From an uncultured Ruminococcus sp. (GTDB lineage Bacteria > Bacillota > Clostridia > Oscillospirales > CAG-272): 55,060 nt of DNA. The number at the start of each line of letters is the position of its first letter. The first letter of the stretch is position 1. Under the pieces are notes generated by a model. That model was not told the origin of the DNA and made no database searches. It was given only the letters and a program-made list of their open reading frames with translations. The stretch is taken from the NCBI GenBank assembly GCA_902779285.1, contig CACZAZ010000005.1, positions 1 through 55,060 of the forward strand, read 5' to 3'. Made by a program: the position numbers and the translations under genes. Of this stretch, positions 26,403 to 35,775 are shown piece by piece.

Positions 26403-26515
26403 GGACGATGCGCGGATGCACGCACAGACCGAAAAACGAAGAGATGAATTATATTGTCCGTTAAAGCGTTTCGCTCTGTTCGTAATCCTTACGTTGGTAA
26501 ACGCTGATTAAGGTT

Positions 26516-26546
26516 GAAACCCGTTCGCGATCCGCGAACGGGTTTC
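26516..26546 (+). terminator. Intrinsic terminator
   Basis: GAAACCCGTTCGCG-atc-CGCGAACGGGTTTC. Confidence 0.75.
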
Positions 26547-26572
26547 TTCATTGGATTATAATTCGTTTTTCT

Positions 26573-26630
26573 ATCCCCGCTCTCACCCTCTCGGAGTATG
26601 TAAATACACCTTCGGGGTGAGAGCGGGGAT
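26573..26630. repeat. 58-bp dispersed inverted-repeat element, copy 1
   Basis: 16-bp perfect terminal IR ATCCCCGCTCTCACCC; a related copy lies at 41787-41843. Confidence 0.8.
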
Positions 26631-26846
26631 TCTGCACGCACCTGCGCGCACCTGACGGCAATAGCTGGCGCGGTGGGGCAAAGGACGACGCGCGGATTCT
26701 GCCTCCGTCCGCCGCGGCAGCATTGGCCGGCGCGGTTAGTAGAGAACGGTTCCAATCGAGGGGGGCAGTCGCGAAAGACCGCCTCTTGATTTTGAAAGAA
26801 AAATATTGTATAATGGGAGCGAAATTACAATAAAGAGGAAAAACCG

Positions 26847-29800
26847 ATGAGAAAAGTTCGCATTTTCGCTTACTTTCTTTTGGTCCTGTGCATCGCGTTG
26901 GTATTCGCTTCGTGCGAGCTGGATATGACGCCTGCGCCATCATCCGACGGCACGTCGGCGGAAAGCGTCCGTGAGACGACGGGAACCGACGCGGAAACGA
27001 CCGCCGGGGGGACGACCGCCGCGCAAACGACTGCGGGGGAGACGACCGAGCCGCTTACGGAGTCCGACGGGGCGGAGATCGTGAAAGCGCCGGATTTCGT
27101 TATAGAAGGTACGACTCTGTCCGCCGCCGTGTCGAATGCGACCGAGACGTTTTCTTTCATCAATCGCGTCACGGTCAGCCCGAAGGCGACCTGGCAGATC
27201 AGTACCGATCTGCAGGGGAAAGAAGTGATCCCGACCAAAACCGTTCCGTTGAACGTGGGGGATAACGTCTTCTATATCCTCGTCACTTCCGGCGACGGAG
27301 AGGGGCTTTCGCTCTATACCGCGACGATCCGGCGCAAACCGATGTATACCGTTACCTATGATCTCGCCGGCGGGACCGGCGCCTATACCCCTCAACAAGT
27401 GGAGGAGGGTACGGTGATCACCCCGGAGGACCCGACCCGCGCGTGCTATGAGTTCGCCGGATGGGACGCCGATCTGACCGCGCCGGTCACGGAGAATATG
27501 ACCGTTACGGCGAAGTGGACGCTCGTCGGTCATACCTGGATGGACGAATATACGGTCGACGTTCCGGCGGGCTGCACGCCCGGATCAAAATCCTACCATT
27601 GTTCGGTTTGCAACGAGATAGATCCCGCGTCTGTCGTCGAGATTCCGGCGAAACACACGTGGGACGAAGGCTATGTCGCCGTCCCGGCGACTTGTACGCG
27701 CACCGGGTTGAGATCCTTTATCTGTATCGAGTGCGGCAAAAAAAGGACCGAAACGATCGAGATGACGGAACACCGTTGGAATACGGAGTACACGGTCGAC
27801 GTTCCCGCGGGTCATACGACTCCGGGATCCAAGTCCGTTCATTGCCTGGACTGCGACGCGCAGAAACCCGATTCGTCGGTGGCGATCCCGGCTGAAGGGC
27901 ATACGCCGGGGGCGAATTACGTGATCGTTTTGAAACCGACCTGCGTGACCGAGGGAGAGGAATCTCTGTACTGCGTCAAGTGCGGAGAGATGATCGCGGG
28001 TTCCACAAGGTCGATCCCGGTCGATCCCGACGCGCACTTTTTGGATGAGGGAGGGGTCGTCGTGGAGCCGACCCTGCTTGATCCCGTCGGCAGCAGGACC
28101 GGGACCTGCCTATACTGCGATCAGCCGATCAACGTCGTTCTCAACTGGGAACTCGATCCGTACAGTTCGGTAGACAAGACCGGGAAATACGCCGAAGGCA
28201 ACGATTTTTATATGCGCAAGAGCGCCGGAGATATCCGCGGCGAAAAGTCCTTTGCGCCGACAGCGGAGGATCCCGACGGCAACGACTTGTGGTTCGAGTA
28301 CTCGCTGCTTTATAACTCGACGCTCTACAACCACGACTATCCGAACTCTCTGTCCGAGATCCGTTTGTTCGGTTTCCGTGATTCCTCCAACCTGTCGAAC
28401 TACAGAGGTTTCTACTATCTGTATCTGCGCGACAACAACGACGGTTTCAGGACCTCGTACGATTGCCCCTACAGAGGGCATATCGACTATTCGACCTATG
28501 ATACGACCGCTTCTCCCGGGCAGAACTGCGCGCACGATCTCTCCGCTCTCGGCAACACGCTGAACGGACGGCCGATCGGCAGATACATTTCCGGTTGGGC
28601 GTCACCCGTCAAACGCGACGACTCCCCGTACTTATGGGACGCCGAATACCAGACCCTGAACGGCTGGCACCGTCTCGGCTTCCGGTATCATCAGGAAGCG
28701 GCGATCAACGAGGGGACGGTCGTTTACTCCGGCTACACCGAACTCTATATCGACGGCGTTCTGTGCTGGAGGGTCGACTCCAACTTCAAGCCGGGTCACA
28801 AGGACAGTCTCGTGACCAAGAACCTGCTCCTCTGGACCGCCCAGATCGATCCGGAAGATCCGGATAAGCTGATCTACACCGACCGCGATTCCGTGCTGGT
28901 CGGGATGCGGGTCGACAACGCCGGCAGATCCTCCAACGAAGTGCTGATCGCGGTCGACGACGTCAAATGGACCTGCGGCGACGGCTTTGCCGTTCCGGTC
29001 AAGCGCGTTGAGAATCCGAAGCCCGTTCCCACCACTCTGAAAGAGGGCGTCGACGACGTTATCGCGATGTACTATGCGAAACCCGGCTGCGTCCACGAGG
29101 AGGGGGACGAGTGGATCGTCGTCAAAGAGGCAAAGTCTCTGCTTGAGGACGGTATCCGAGCAAAGTTCTGCGTGAAGTGCGGCGAACGGATGGAAACCGC
29201 GACTGCCGAGTACGAGCCGCAGATTGTGGTGTTCACGGATACCGACGAAAAGTTCAGAACAGACGAATTCAGTTTGGCTGATGCTCGCGGCGACAAGCAC
29301 TTCTACCCGACCGATGAAAATCCAGAGGGCAACGATCTGTACGTTGAGTTCTCGATCCTCTGGAACGAAACGATCCTGAACTTTGACGCATCCCGAAATC
29401 CCTACATGGTCGGACGTTTTTACAACGGAAAACCGTTCTATTACCTCTCTCCCGTTTCCGGTATGTCCTACAGCGATGCTCAATTTTCAGGCGCGTTCGA
29501 GTGGATGGGTAACTTCGCGACGCCGATCTCCGACTCCGAAGTGACCACTCCTGCGACGATGTGCGGCGGGAACCCGAACTACTCCGACTATCCGAACATC
29601 GCGGGTACCGACGAGGCGCACCCCGAGTGGGGCTGGCACCGCTTCGGCATTCGGTATCATCTGGAACTGCTCGACGGCAAAACGGGTGAGAATCTGAAAG
29701 ACTACGTCGGAATCGTCACCGCTTACGTCGACGGCACCGCGATCTTTAAACTGTCGACCGGCACCGACGGTATGCAGAACTGGGAATCCATGCTGTTCAA

Positions 29801-30053
29801 AGCCGAATCCGACGGTGAGGGCGGCGTCGTTTACAGCGACGCCGGGGACATCGTCGTCCCGTTCTTTATGAACCAGTCGAAAACGAAGGCGGACACGACC
29901 GCTTACCTCGCATTCTCCGACGTGTACGTAACCTGCGGCACGGACTTCGTGATGAAGGTTGAGAAGGTTGCCAACCCCACCGCCGCGACCCTCGAAGTGG
30001 AGGGCGGCGTCGAGGTCACCTCGACCGTCTGGTTTAAGCTCGCTACGAACTGA
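26847..30053 (+). CDS. Large modular surface lipoprotein (cadherin-like domain, InlB-B/Flg_new-like repeat, Cys/His-rich repeats, two related lectin-like domains)
   Basis: Lipobox LVFAS-C; Thr-rich linker; TVPLNVGDNVFYILVT; YTVTYDLAGG...YEFAGW...TVTAKW; H.W....ATC...G.....C..CG repeats; duplicated GNDL..E.S.L.N / GWHR.G.RYH / Y.DG / TCG..F...V..V.NP domain. Confidence 0.85.
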   Translation: MRKVRIFAYFLLVLCIALVFASCELDMTPAPSSDGTSAESVRETTGTDAETTAGGTTAAQTTAGETTEPLTESDGAEIVKAPDFVIEGTTLSAAVSNATETFSFINRVTVSPKATWQISTDLQGKEVIPTKTVPLNVGDNVFYILVTSGDGEGLSLYTATIRRKPMYTVTYDLAGGTGAYTPQQVEEGTVITPEDPTRACYEFAGWDADLTAPVTENMTVTAKWTLVGHTWMDEYTVDVPAGCTPGSKSYHCSVCNEIDPASVVEIPAKHTWDEGYVAVPATCTRTGLRSFICIECGKKRTETIEMTEHRWNTEYTVDVPAGHTTPGSKSVHCLDCDAQKPDSSVAIPAEGHTPGANYVIVLKPTCVTEGEESLYCVKCGEMIAGSTRSIPVDPDAHFLDEGGVVVEPTLLDPVGSRTGTCLYCDQPINVVLNWELDPYSSVDKTGKYAEGNDFYMRKSAGDIRGEKSFAPTAEDPDGNDLWFEYSLLYNSTLYNHDYPNSLSEIRLFGFRDSSNLSNYRGFYYLYLRDNNDGFRTSYDCPYRGHIDYSTYDTTASPGQNCAHDLSALGNTLNGRPIGRYISGWASPVKRDDSPYLWDAEYQTLNGWHRLGFRYHQEAAINEGTVVYSGYTELYIDGVLCWRVDSNFKPGHKDSLVTKNLLLWTAQIDPEDPDKLIYTDRDSVLVGMRVDNAGRSSNEVLIAVDDVKWTCGDGFAVPVKRVENPKPVPTTLKEGVDDVIAMYYAKPGCVHEEGDEWIVVKEAKSLLEDGIRAKFCVKCGERMETATAEYEPQIVVFTDTDEKFRTDEFSLADARGDKHFYPTDENPEGNDLYVEFSILWNETILNFDASRNPYMVGRFYNGKPFYYLSPVSGMSYSDAQFSGAFEWMGNFATPISDSEVTTPATMCGGNPNYSDYPNIAGTDEAHPEWGWHRFGIRYHLELLDGKTGENLKDYVGIVTAYVDGTAIFKLSTGTDGMQNWESMLFKAESDGEGGVVYSDAGDIVVPFFMNQSKTKADTTAYLAFSDVYVTCGTDFVMKVEKVANPTAATLEVEGGVEVTSTVWFKLATN

Positions 30054-30120
30054 TGAGCACTCTTCGAAACATAAGACAGACAGCATTTTTTAGCTTCATT
30101 TCCTTACGGCGTTTACCTGA

Positions 30121-30161
30121 AACCAAAAACTTCCCCGGAAATTCCGGGGAAGTTTTTGGTT
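30121..30161. terminator. Bidirectional terminator
   Basis: AACCAAAAACTTCCCCGGAA-a-TTCCGGGGAAGTTTTTGGTT between convergent genes. Confidence 0.9.
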
Positions 30162-30182
30162 TATAAGAGACGATTGCGGAGA

Positions 30183-30614
30183 TCAAAGATTGGCGATATC
30201 CTCTTCCGAGACCAGTTTCACGCCTTTGGAGGCGAGGATCTCGGCGGCTTTGTCGTTGTCCGCGACGCGGAGGACGACGTAGGCGTTGTGTCCGCGGCTG
30301 GTTAAAAAGGCGTACATATACTCGATGTTGACGCCGTTCTCGGAGAGAACGTGCATCACGTCGTTGAGCGCACCCGGACGGTCGGAGACCGCGACCGCGA
30401 CGACCTCGGTGATCGAAACGACGCAGCCGATCTCGCGCACCGCCTGTTTGGTCTTTTCGGCGTCGCTGACGATCAGGCGGAGGATGCCGAAGTCCTGGGT
30501 GTCCGCGATCGACATGGCGCGGATGTCCACGCCGGCTGCGCCGATCGCGTCGGTGATCGAGACGAGAGTGCCCGGTTTGTTTTCGACGAAGATGGAGACC
30601 TGTTTGATAGCCAT
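30183..30614 (-). CDS. Double ACT-domain protein
   Basis: IKQVSIFVENKPG.L, IRAMSIADTQDFGILRLIV, DRPGAL...L...GVNIEYMYAF. Confidence 0.92.
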   Translation of the reverse strand: MAIKQVSIFVENKPGTLVSITDAIGAAGVDIRAMSIADTQDFGILRLIVSDAEKTKQAVREIGCVVSITEVVAVAVSDRPGALNDVMHVLSENGVNIEYMYAFLTSRGHNAYVVLRVADNDKAAEILASKGVKLVSEEDIANL

Positions 30615-30649
30615 ACTGTGTTCCTCTCTTTCTTTTCGGTCGTTTTCGG

Positions 30650-31963
30650 TCAATGGAGTTTTCTGTGGTCGATGACGCGCTTGGCTTTGCCGGTCGAACG
30701 CTCGATCGAGCCGGGGCTGACGAGGATCACCTTGACGGCGACGCCGATCAGCGACTTGATCGCTTCTGCCAAGGCGCGTTCGCGCTGCGAGATCTCCGAG
30801 ACGGTATCCGAGAAGGTCGCCTCGTTCATCTCGACCCGGACGGCGATGGTGTCAAGGTTGTTGACCCGGTCGACCTCGATCTGATAGTTCGGGGAATGCC
30901 CGGTCTTGAGCAGCACGGTCTCGATCTGGGACGGGAAGACGTTGACGCCGCGGATGATCAGCATATCGTCGGTCCTGCCCATCGGTTTCGACATCCGGAC
31001 GAAAGTTCTGCCGCAGGCGCACTTTTCGTGGGTGATTGCGCCTATATCCTTGGTGCGGTAACGCAGGATCGGGAACGCCTCCTTGGTGATGCAGGAGAAG
31101 ACGATCTCGCCCTTCTCCCCGTCCTTTACCGGAAGTCCGGTCTCGGTGTCGAGGACCTCGATGATGAAATGGTCCTCGTTGACGTGCATCCCCGCCTGGC
31201 ACTCGCACTCGTAGGCGACGCCGGGACCCATGATCTCGGTCAGCCCGTAGATATCGTACGCCTTGATGTCGAGTTTTTCTTCGATCTGGCGGCGCATTTC
31301 CTCGGTCCAGGGCTCGGCGCCGAACACGCCGCAGCGGAGCGGGAGCTTTTTCGCGTCGACGCCCATTTTCTCCATCGTCTCCGCGATATACATGGCGTAG
31401 GACGGGGTGCAGGCGATGCAGTCGGGCTCGAAGTCCTGCAGAATGGTGATCTGCCGCTCGGTGTTGCCCGAGGAGACCGGGATGATAGTCGCGCCCATGC
31501 GACGCGCGCCCTCGAAGATGCCGAGACCGCCGGTGAAGAGTCCGAAACCGTAGGAGATATGCACTTTGTCGCGCGGGGAAAGCCCGATCGCGGTGAGCTG
31601 GCGCGCGACGATGTCACCCCAGATATCGAGGTCGTTCTGCGTGTAGCCGACGACGATCTGCTTGCCGGTCGTGCCGCTCGAGGCGTGCAGCCGGGCGATC
31701 TTCTCCATCGGGACGGCGAACAGACCGAAGGGGTAGAAATCGCGAAGGTCCTGCTTGGTGGTGAAGGGGAGTTTGCGGATATCGTCGATCCCTTTGACGT
31801 CGTCGGGGGTAACGCCCGCCCGCTCCATCCGTTCACGGTAGGGGGCGACGTTCTCGTAGACCCGTTTGACCGTCGAGACCAGGCGTTCGCTCTGCCACGC
31901 GGTGATCTGATCCCGCGAGGCGGTCTCGGCTTCGGGCTGCCAGTAGCGCTTGGGGTTCTGCAT
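30650..31963 (-). CDS. paaK: Phenylacetate--CoA ligase family protein (copy 2)
   Basis: LPFTTKQDLR.YP.GLF, HASSGTTGK, YGFGLFTGG.G, GAEPW, YGLTE..GPGV, RYRTKD, GRTDDMLIIRGVNVFPSQIE, GKAKRVID. Confidence 0.93.
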   Translation of the reverse strand: MQNPKRYWQPEAETASRDQITAWQSERLVSTVKRVYENVAPYRERMERAGVTPDDVKGIDDIRKLPFTTKQDLRDFYPFGLFAVPMEKIARLHASSGTTGKQIVVGYTQNDLDIWGDIVARQLTAIGLSPRDKVHISYGFGLFTGGLGIFEGARRMGATIIPVSSGNTERQITILQDFEPDCIACTPSYAMYIAETMEKMGVDAKKLPLRCGVFGAEPWTEEMRRQIEEKLDIKAYDIYGLTEIMGPGVAYECECQAGMHVNEDHFIIEVLDTETGLPVKDGEKGEIVFSCITKEAFPILRYRTKDIGAITHEKCACGRTFVRMSKPMGRTDDMLIIRGVNVFPSQIETVLLKTGHSPNYQIEVDRVNNLDTIAVRVEMNEATFSDTVSEISQRERALAEAIKSLIGVAVKVILVSPGSIERSTGKAKRVIDHRKLH

Positions 31964-32008
31964 AAAGTTCTCCTTATATTTTAACTTCGGCTTGGGAAAA
32001 CGGAGGGA

Positions 32009-32590
32009 TCAGTCGAGCGCGTAGCCGAGGTCGAAGGCGCGGAGGTTGACCTCGACGAACTTGGGCTTGACCGACGACTTGATCGCGTCCTGCCACGCCT
32101 CCTTCGGGATGGCGGGGAGCGACCGGGCGAGACGGCCGAGCAAAACCACGTTGACCGCCTTCGCGGTGCCGGCTTTCTCCGCGAGCGAGAGGGCGTCGAC
32201 GGCGTCCACCGTCACGTCCTTGGATTCGAGTTCGTTCAGAACGTGGGAGGGATAGACGGCTTTGCCGACGATGACCGGCATCGGGTCGATCTCCTGCGTG
32301 TTGACGATGATCTTTCCGTTCGGGGAGAGGTATTCGGCGTAGCGGGCGGCTTCGAGTTTCTCGAACGAGAGGATGAAATCGCTCTCCCCGAGGTCGATGA
32401 TCGGTGACGCGACTCTGTCTCCGAAACGGACGTAGGTGACGACCGATCCGCCGCGCTGACTCATCCCGTGGACCTCGGAGACCTTGACGTCGTAGCCGGC
32501 GTCGACCAGGACCTTTCCGAGCAGTTTGCTGGCGAGGAGGGATCCCTGTCCCCCGACGCCGACGATCATTACGTTGACGGTTTTCATCAC
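32009..32590 (-). CDS. iorB: Indolepyruvate:ferredoxin oxidoreductase beta subunit
   Basis: VGVGGQG.LLAS, SEVHGMSQRGGSVVT.VR.G, NVVLLG, NLRAF..G. Confidence 0.93.
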   Translation of the reverse strand: MMKTVNVMIVGVGGQGSLLASKLLGKVLVDAGYDVKVSEVHGMSQRGGSVVTYVRFGDRVASPIIDLGESDFILSFEKLEAARYAEYLSPNGKIIVNTQEIDPMPVIVGKAVYPSHVLNELESKDVTVDAVDALSLAEKAGTAKAVNVVLLGRLARSLPAIPKEAWQDAIKSSVKPKFVEVNLRAFDLGYALD

Positions 32591-34329
32591 TTGACCTCCT
32601 TATCCCCGATGGCGTGGAACGGGCAGAGCCCCGCGCAGACGCCGCAGCCGGTGCAGAGCGTGTCGTTGATCACCGCGTGCCCGTCGCGGAAACTGATCGC
32701 GGGGCAGCCGAGCGAGAGACACTTCTTGCAGCTCCGGCAGAGATCGGTCTTGACTTCGAGCGGCGGGTTGGTCTTGACCCGTTTGAGCAGGACGCAGGGA
32801 CGGCGGGAGATCACGACCGACGGCTCGTTTGCCGCGAGTTCCTCCTTGATCGCCGCGTCGGTCGCCGCGAGATCGTAGGGATCGACCACGCGGACCCGGT
32901 TGATCCCCATCGCGCGGACGAGCGATTCGAGGTCGATCTTGCCGGCGGGGTCGCCGTGGATGTTGTAGCCGGTGGTCGGGTTCTCCTGATGCCCCGTCAT
33001 ACCGGTAATGGAGTTGTCGAGGATGACGATCAGCGAGTTCGACCCGTTATAGGCGATATCCGCAAGCCCGGTCATCCCGGAATGTACGAAGGTAGAGTCT
33101 CCGATGACGCAGGCGGTCTTCATCGTCCGTCCGGTCGCGGCGAGCCCGCGGTTGAAGCCGTGCAGCCCCGAGACCGACGCGCCCATACAGAGCGTGCTGT
33201 CGATCGCCGCGAGCGGCGGCTGCGCGCCGAGGGTATAGCAGCCGATGTCCCCCAGCACGGTCACGCCGTTCTTTTTCAGCGTGTAGAACATCCCGCGGTG
33301 CGGGCAGCCCGCGCACATCATCGGGGGACGGGCGGGGATCGGGTCTTCCAGAACGACGTGCGGCTTCGCCTCGATCCCGAAGGCGGCGGCGATCACCGAC
33401 TGACTGTACTCTCCGATCGGGGAGAAGATGGACTTGCCGTCGACCTTGACGCCGATATTCCGGCAATGATCCTCGATGAAGCCGTCGAGTTCCTCGATCA
33501 CGACCACGCGCTCGACCGAGGCGGCGAAGTTCTTGATGAGGTCGACGGGAAGCGGCCAGACCATACCGAGTTTCAGCACGCTGACCTGATCCCCGAGCGC
33601 TTCGCGCACGTACTGGTAGCAGGTGCCGGAGGTGATGACGCCGACGTGCTTGCCCCCTTCTTCCACACGGTTGAGGGGGGAGGTTTCTGCGAACGCGGTC
33701 AGTTTTTGCAGCCGTTCCTCCACGAAGGGATGCCGCTTTTTGGCGTTGCCCGGCATCATGATAAACTTTTCGCCCTTGCGCTCGTAGGGGATCGCCTCGG
33801 GGACGACGCGCTCTCCGGTCTCGACCACGCTCTGCGAGTGCGCGATGCGGGTGCAGAGACGGAACAGGACGGGGGTGTCGAAGGTCTCGGAGATATGGAA
33901 CGCCTCTTTTGCGAACGCGAGGCACTCCGCCGAATCCGACGGCTCGAGCATCGGGATCTTCGACGCCTTCGCGTAGTGGCGGGAGTCCTGCTCGTTCTGG
34001 CTGGAGTGCATCGCGGGATCGTCCGCGACGCAGATCACCAGCCCCCCGTTGACCCCGGTATAGGAGAGGGTGAACAGCGGGTCGGCGGCGACGTTCAGCC
34101 CGACGTGCTTCATACAGGTCACGGCTCTCACGCCCGAGAGCGACGCGCCGAAGGCGACCTCGGTCGCGACCTTCTCGTTCGGCGCCCACTCGGAGTAGAG
34201 GTCGGGGTACTCCGAGAGGAACTCGGTGATCTCGGTCGAGGGGGTGCCGGGATAACTCGCGACGACCGATACGCCGCCCTCGTAGAGCCCGCGCGCGACC
34301 GCCTCGTTTCCGATCATCAATCGTTTCAT
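32587..34329 (-). CDS. iorA: Indolepyruvate:ferredoxin oxidoreductase alpha subunit
   Basis: GNEAVARG, SYPGTPSTE, NEKVA.E, MKHVGLNVAADP, SSQNEQDSR, RPP.MC.GCPHR, GDIGCY, IGDSTF.HSG, C-terminal 2x[4Fe-4S] ferredoxin. Confidence 0.95.
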   Translation of the reverse strand: MKRLMIGNEAVARGLYEGGVSVVASYPGTPSTEITEFLSEYPDLYSEWAPNEKVATEVAFGASLSGVRAVTCMKHVGLNVAADPLFTLSYTGVNGGLVICVADDPAMHSSQNEQDSRHYAKASKIPMLEPSDSAECLAFAKEAFHISETFDTPVLFRLCTRIAHSQSVVETGERVVPEAIPYERKGEKFIMMPGNAKKRHPFVEERLQKLTAFAETSPLNRVEEGGKHVGVITSGTCYQYVREALGDQVSVLKLGMVWPLPVDLIKNFAASVERVVVIEELDGFIEDHCRNIGVKVDGKSIFSPIGEYSQSVIAAAFGIEAKPHVVLEDPIPARPPMMCAGCPHRGMFYTLKKNGVTVLGDIGCYTLGAQPPLAAIDSTLCMGASVSGLHGFNRGLAATGRTMKTACVIGDSTFVHSGMTGLADIAYNGSNSLIVILDNSITGMTGHQENPTTGYNIHGDPAGKIDLESLVRAMGINRVRVVDPYDLAATDAAIKEELAANEPSVVISRRPCVLLKRVKTNPPLEVKTDLCRSCKKCLSLGCPAISFRDGHAVINDTLCTGCGVCAGLCPFHAIGDKEVK

Positions 34330-34351
34330 TTTTTCGTATCCTTTCGCCCGG

Positions 34352-35659
34352 TCAGTCGGGAGTTTCGTTCCGCTTGTCGATGATCCGCTTCGCCTTGCCC
34401 TCGTAGCGTTTCAGCGAGGACGGGGCGGCGAGGGTGACCTTCGCCTTGATGCCGAGGACCGTCTGCAGCTTCGCCACCACCGTCTGACGGAGACCGTCGA
34501 GGGCGGCGTAGTTTTCGAGCAGCGAGGCGTCGGTCAGTTCGACCCGCACTTCGAGGTAGTCGGTGTAGTTCTGCCGGGTCAGGATCAGTTCGTAATGCGG
34601 GGCGATGCCGTTGATCGCCGCGATCACGCTCTCGATCTGGGACGGGAAGACGTTGACGCCGCGGATCTTCAGCATATCGTCCGAGCGTCCGCGCACCTTG
34701 TCCATACGTGCGAAGGTCCGTCCGCAGGCGCAGGGCTCGTAGTTCAGGCGGGTGAGGTCCTTGGTGCGGTAGCGCAGGAGCGGGATGCCCTCTTTGGTCA
34801 GCGTGGTGACGACCAGCTCGCCGCTCTCGCCGCGCTCGCGGGGCTCGCCGGTCTCGGGGTCGATGATCTCGGGCAGGAAGTGGTCCTCGTTGACGTGCAG
34901 ACCGCAGCGGAGGTGACACTCGCCCGACACGCCGGGACCCATCAGTTCGCTCATACCGTAGTTGTCGGTCGAGAAGAGCCCGAAGCCCTGCTCGATCTTG
35001 TCGCGGAGCGCGTCGGTGCAGCCCTCCGATCCGAACAGACCGATCCGGAGTTTCAGCTCGTCCCGGGTGATGCCCATACCCTTCGCCACTTCGCTCATAT
35101 ACATCGCGTAGGACGGGGTGCTGATGAGGACGGTGGTGCCGAAGTCTTTGAGCAGCATCGCCTGTTTTTCGGTGTTGCCCGAGGAGACCGGGATGACGGC
35201 GCATCCGACCTTTTCAAGCCCGTAGTGCAGACCGAGCGCCCCGGTGAAAAGCCCGTAGCCGAACGAGACCTGCGCGATATCGCCGTCGTCGACGCCGACG
35301 GCGCGGATCAGACGCGCCACGCAGTCCGACCAGTTGTCGAGATCGTTCCGGGTATAGCCGACGACGGTCGGTTTCCCGGTCGTGCCGCTCGACGCGTGGA
35401 TGCGGACGATCTGCTTCATCGGCACGGCGAACAACCCGTAGGGGTAGTTGTCGCGGATGTCCGCTTTGGTGGTCAGCGGGATGTACTTGACGTCCGAGAG
35501 GGTCTTGATCTTCTCGGCGGTCACGCCCGCTTCCGCGAGCCGCTTGGCGTAAAAAGGAACGTTGCGGGCGCAGTAGTCCACCTGGTGGCGGAGCCGCTCG
35601 AGCTGCAGCCGTTCGAGTTCCTTTCTCGGCATTGTCTCGATCTCTTTCTGAAAAAACAT
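34352..35659 (-). CDS. paaK: Phenylacetate--CoA ligase family protein (copy 1)
   Basis: Same PaaK motifs (IHASSGTTGKP, GRSDDMLKIRGVNVFPSQIE); GGAGG RBS before ATG 35659. Confidence 0.93.
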   Translation of the reverse strand: MFFQKEIETMPRKELERLQLERLRHQVDYCARNVPFYAKRLAEAGVTAEKIKTLSDVKYIPLTTKADIRDNYPYGLFAVPMKQIVRIHASSGTTGKPTVVGYTRNDLDNWSDCVARLIRAVGVDDGDIAQVSFGYGLFTGALGLHYGLEKVGCAVIPVSSGNTEKQAMLLKDFGTTVLISTPSYAMYMSEVAKGMGITRDELKLRIGLFGSEGCTDALRDKIEQGFGLFSTDNYGMSELMGPGVSGECHLRCGLHVNEDHFLPEIIDPETGEPRERGESGELVVTTLTKEGIPLLRYRTKDLTRLNYEPCACGRTFARMDKVRGRSDDMLKIRGVNVFPSQIESVIAAINGIAPHYELILTRQNYTDYLEVRVELTDASLLENYAALDGLRQTVVAKLQTVLGIKAKVTLAAPSSLKRYEGKAKRIIDKRNETPD

Positions 35660-35775
35660 GTTGATCCTCCTGCCCGAATTGCTCGGGAGCACTTGATTTT
35701 TCGCGTCGGATAAGGTATACTGGATATCGGATTTTACTCCCCCGCGAGGGGGATGGAACGTGAGCGAGGGACCAA

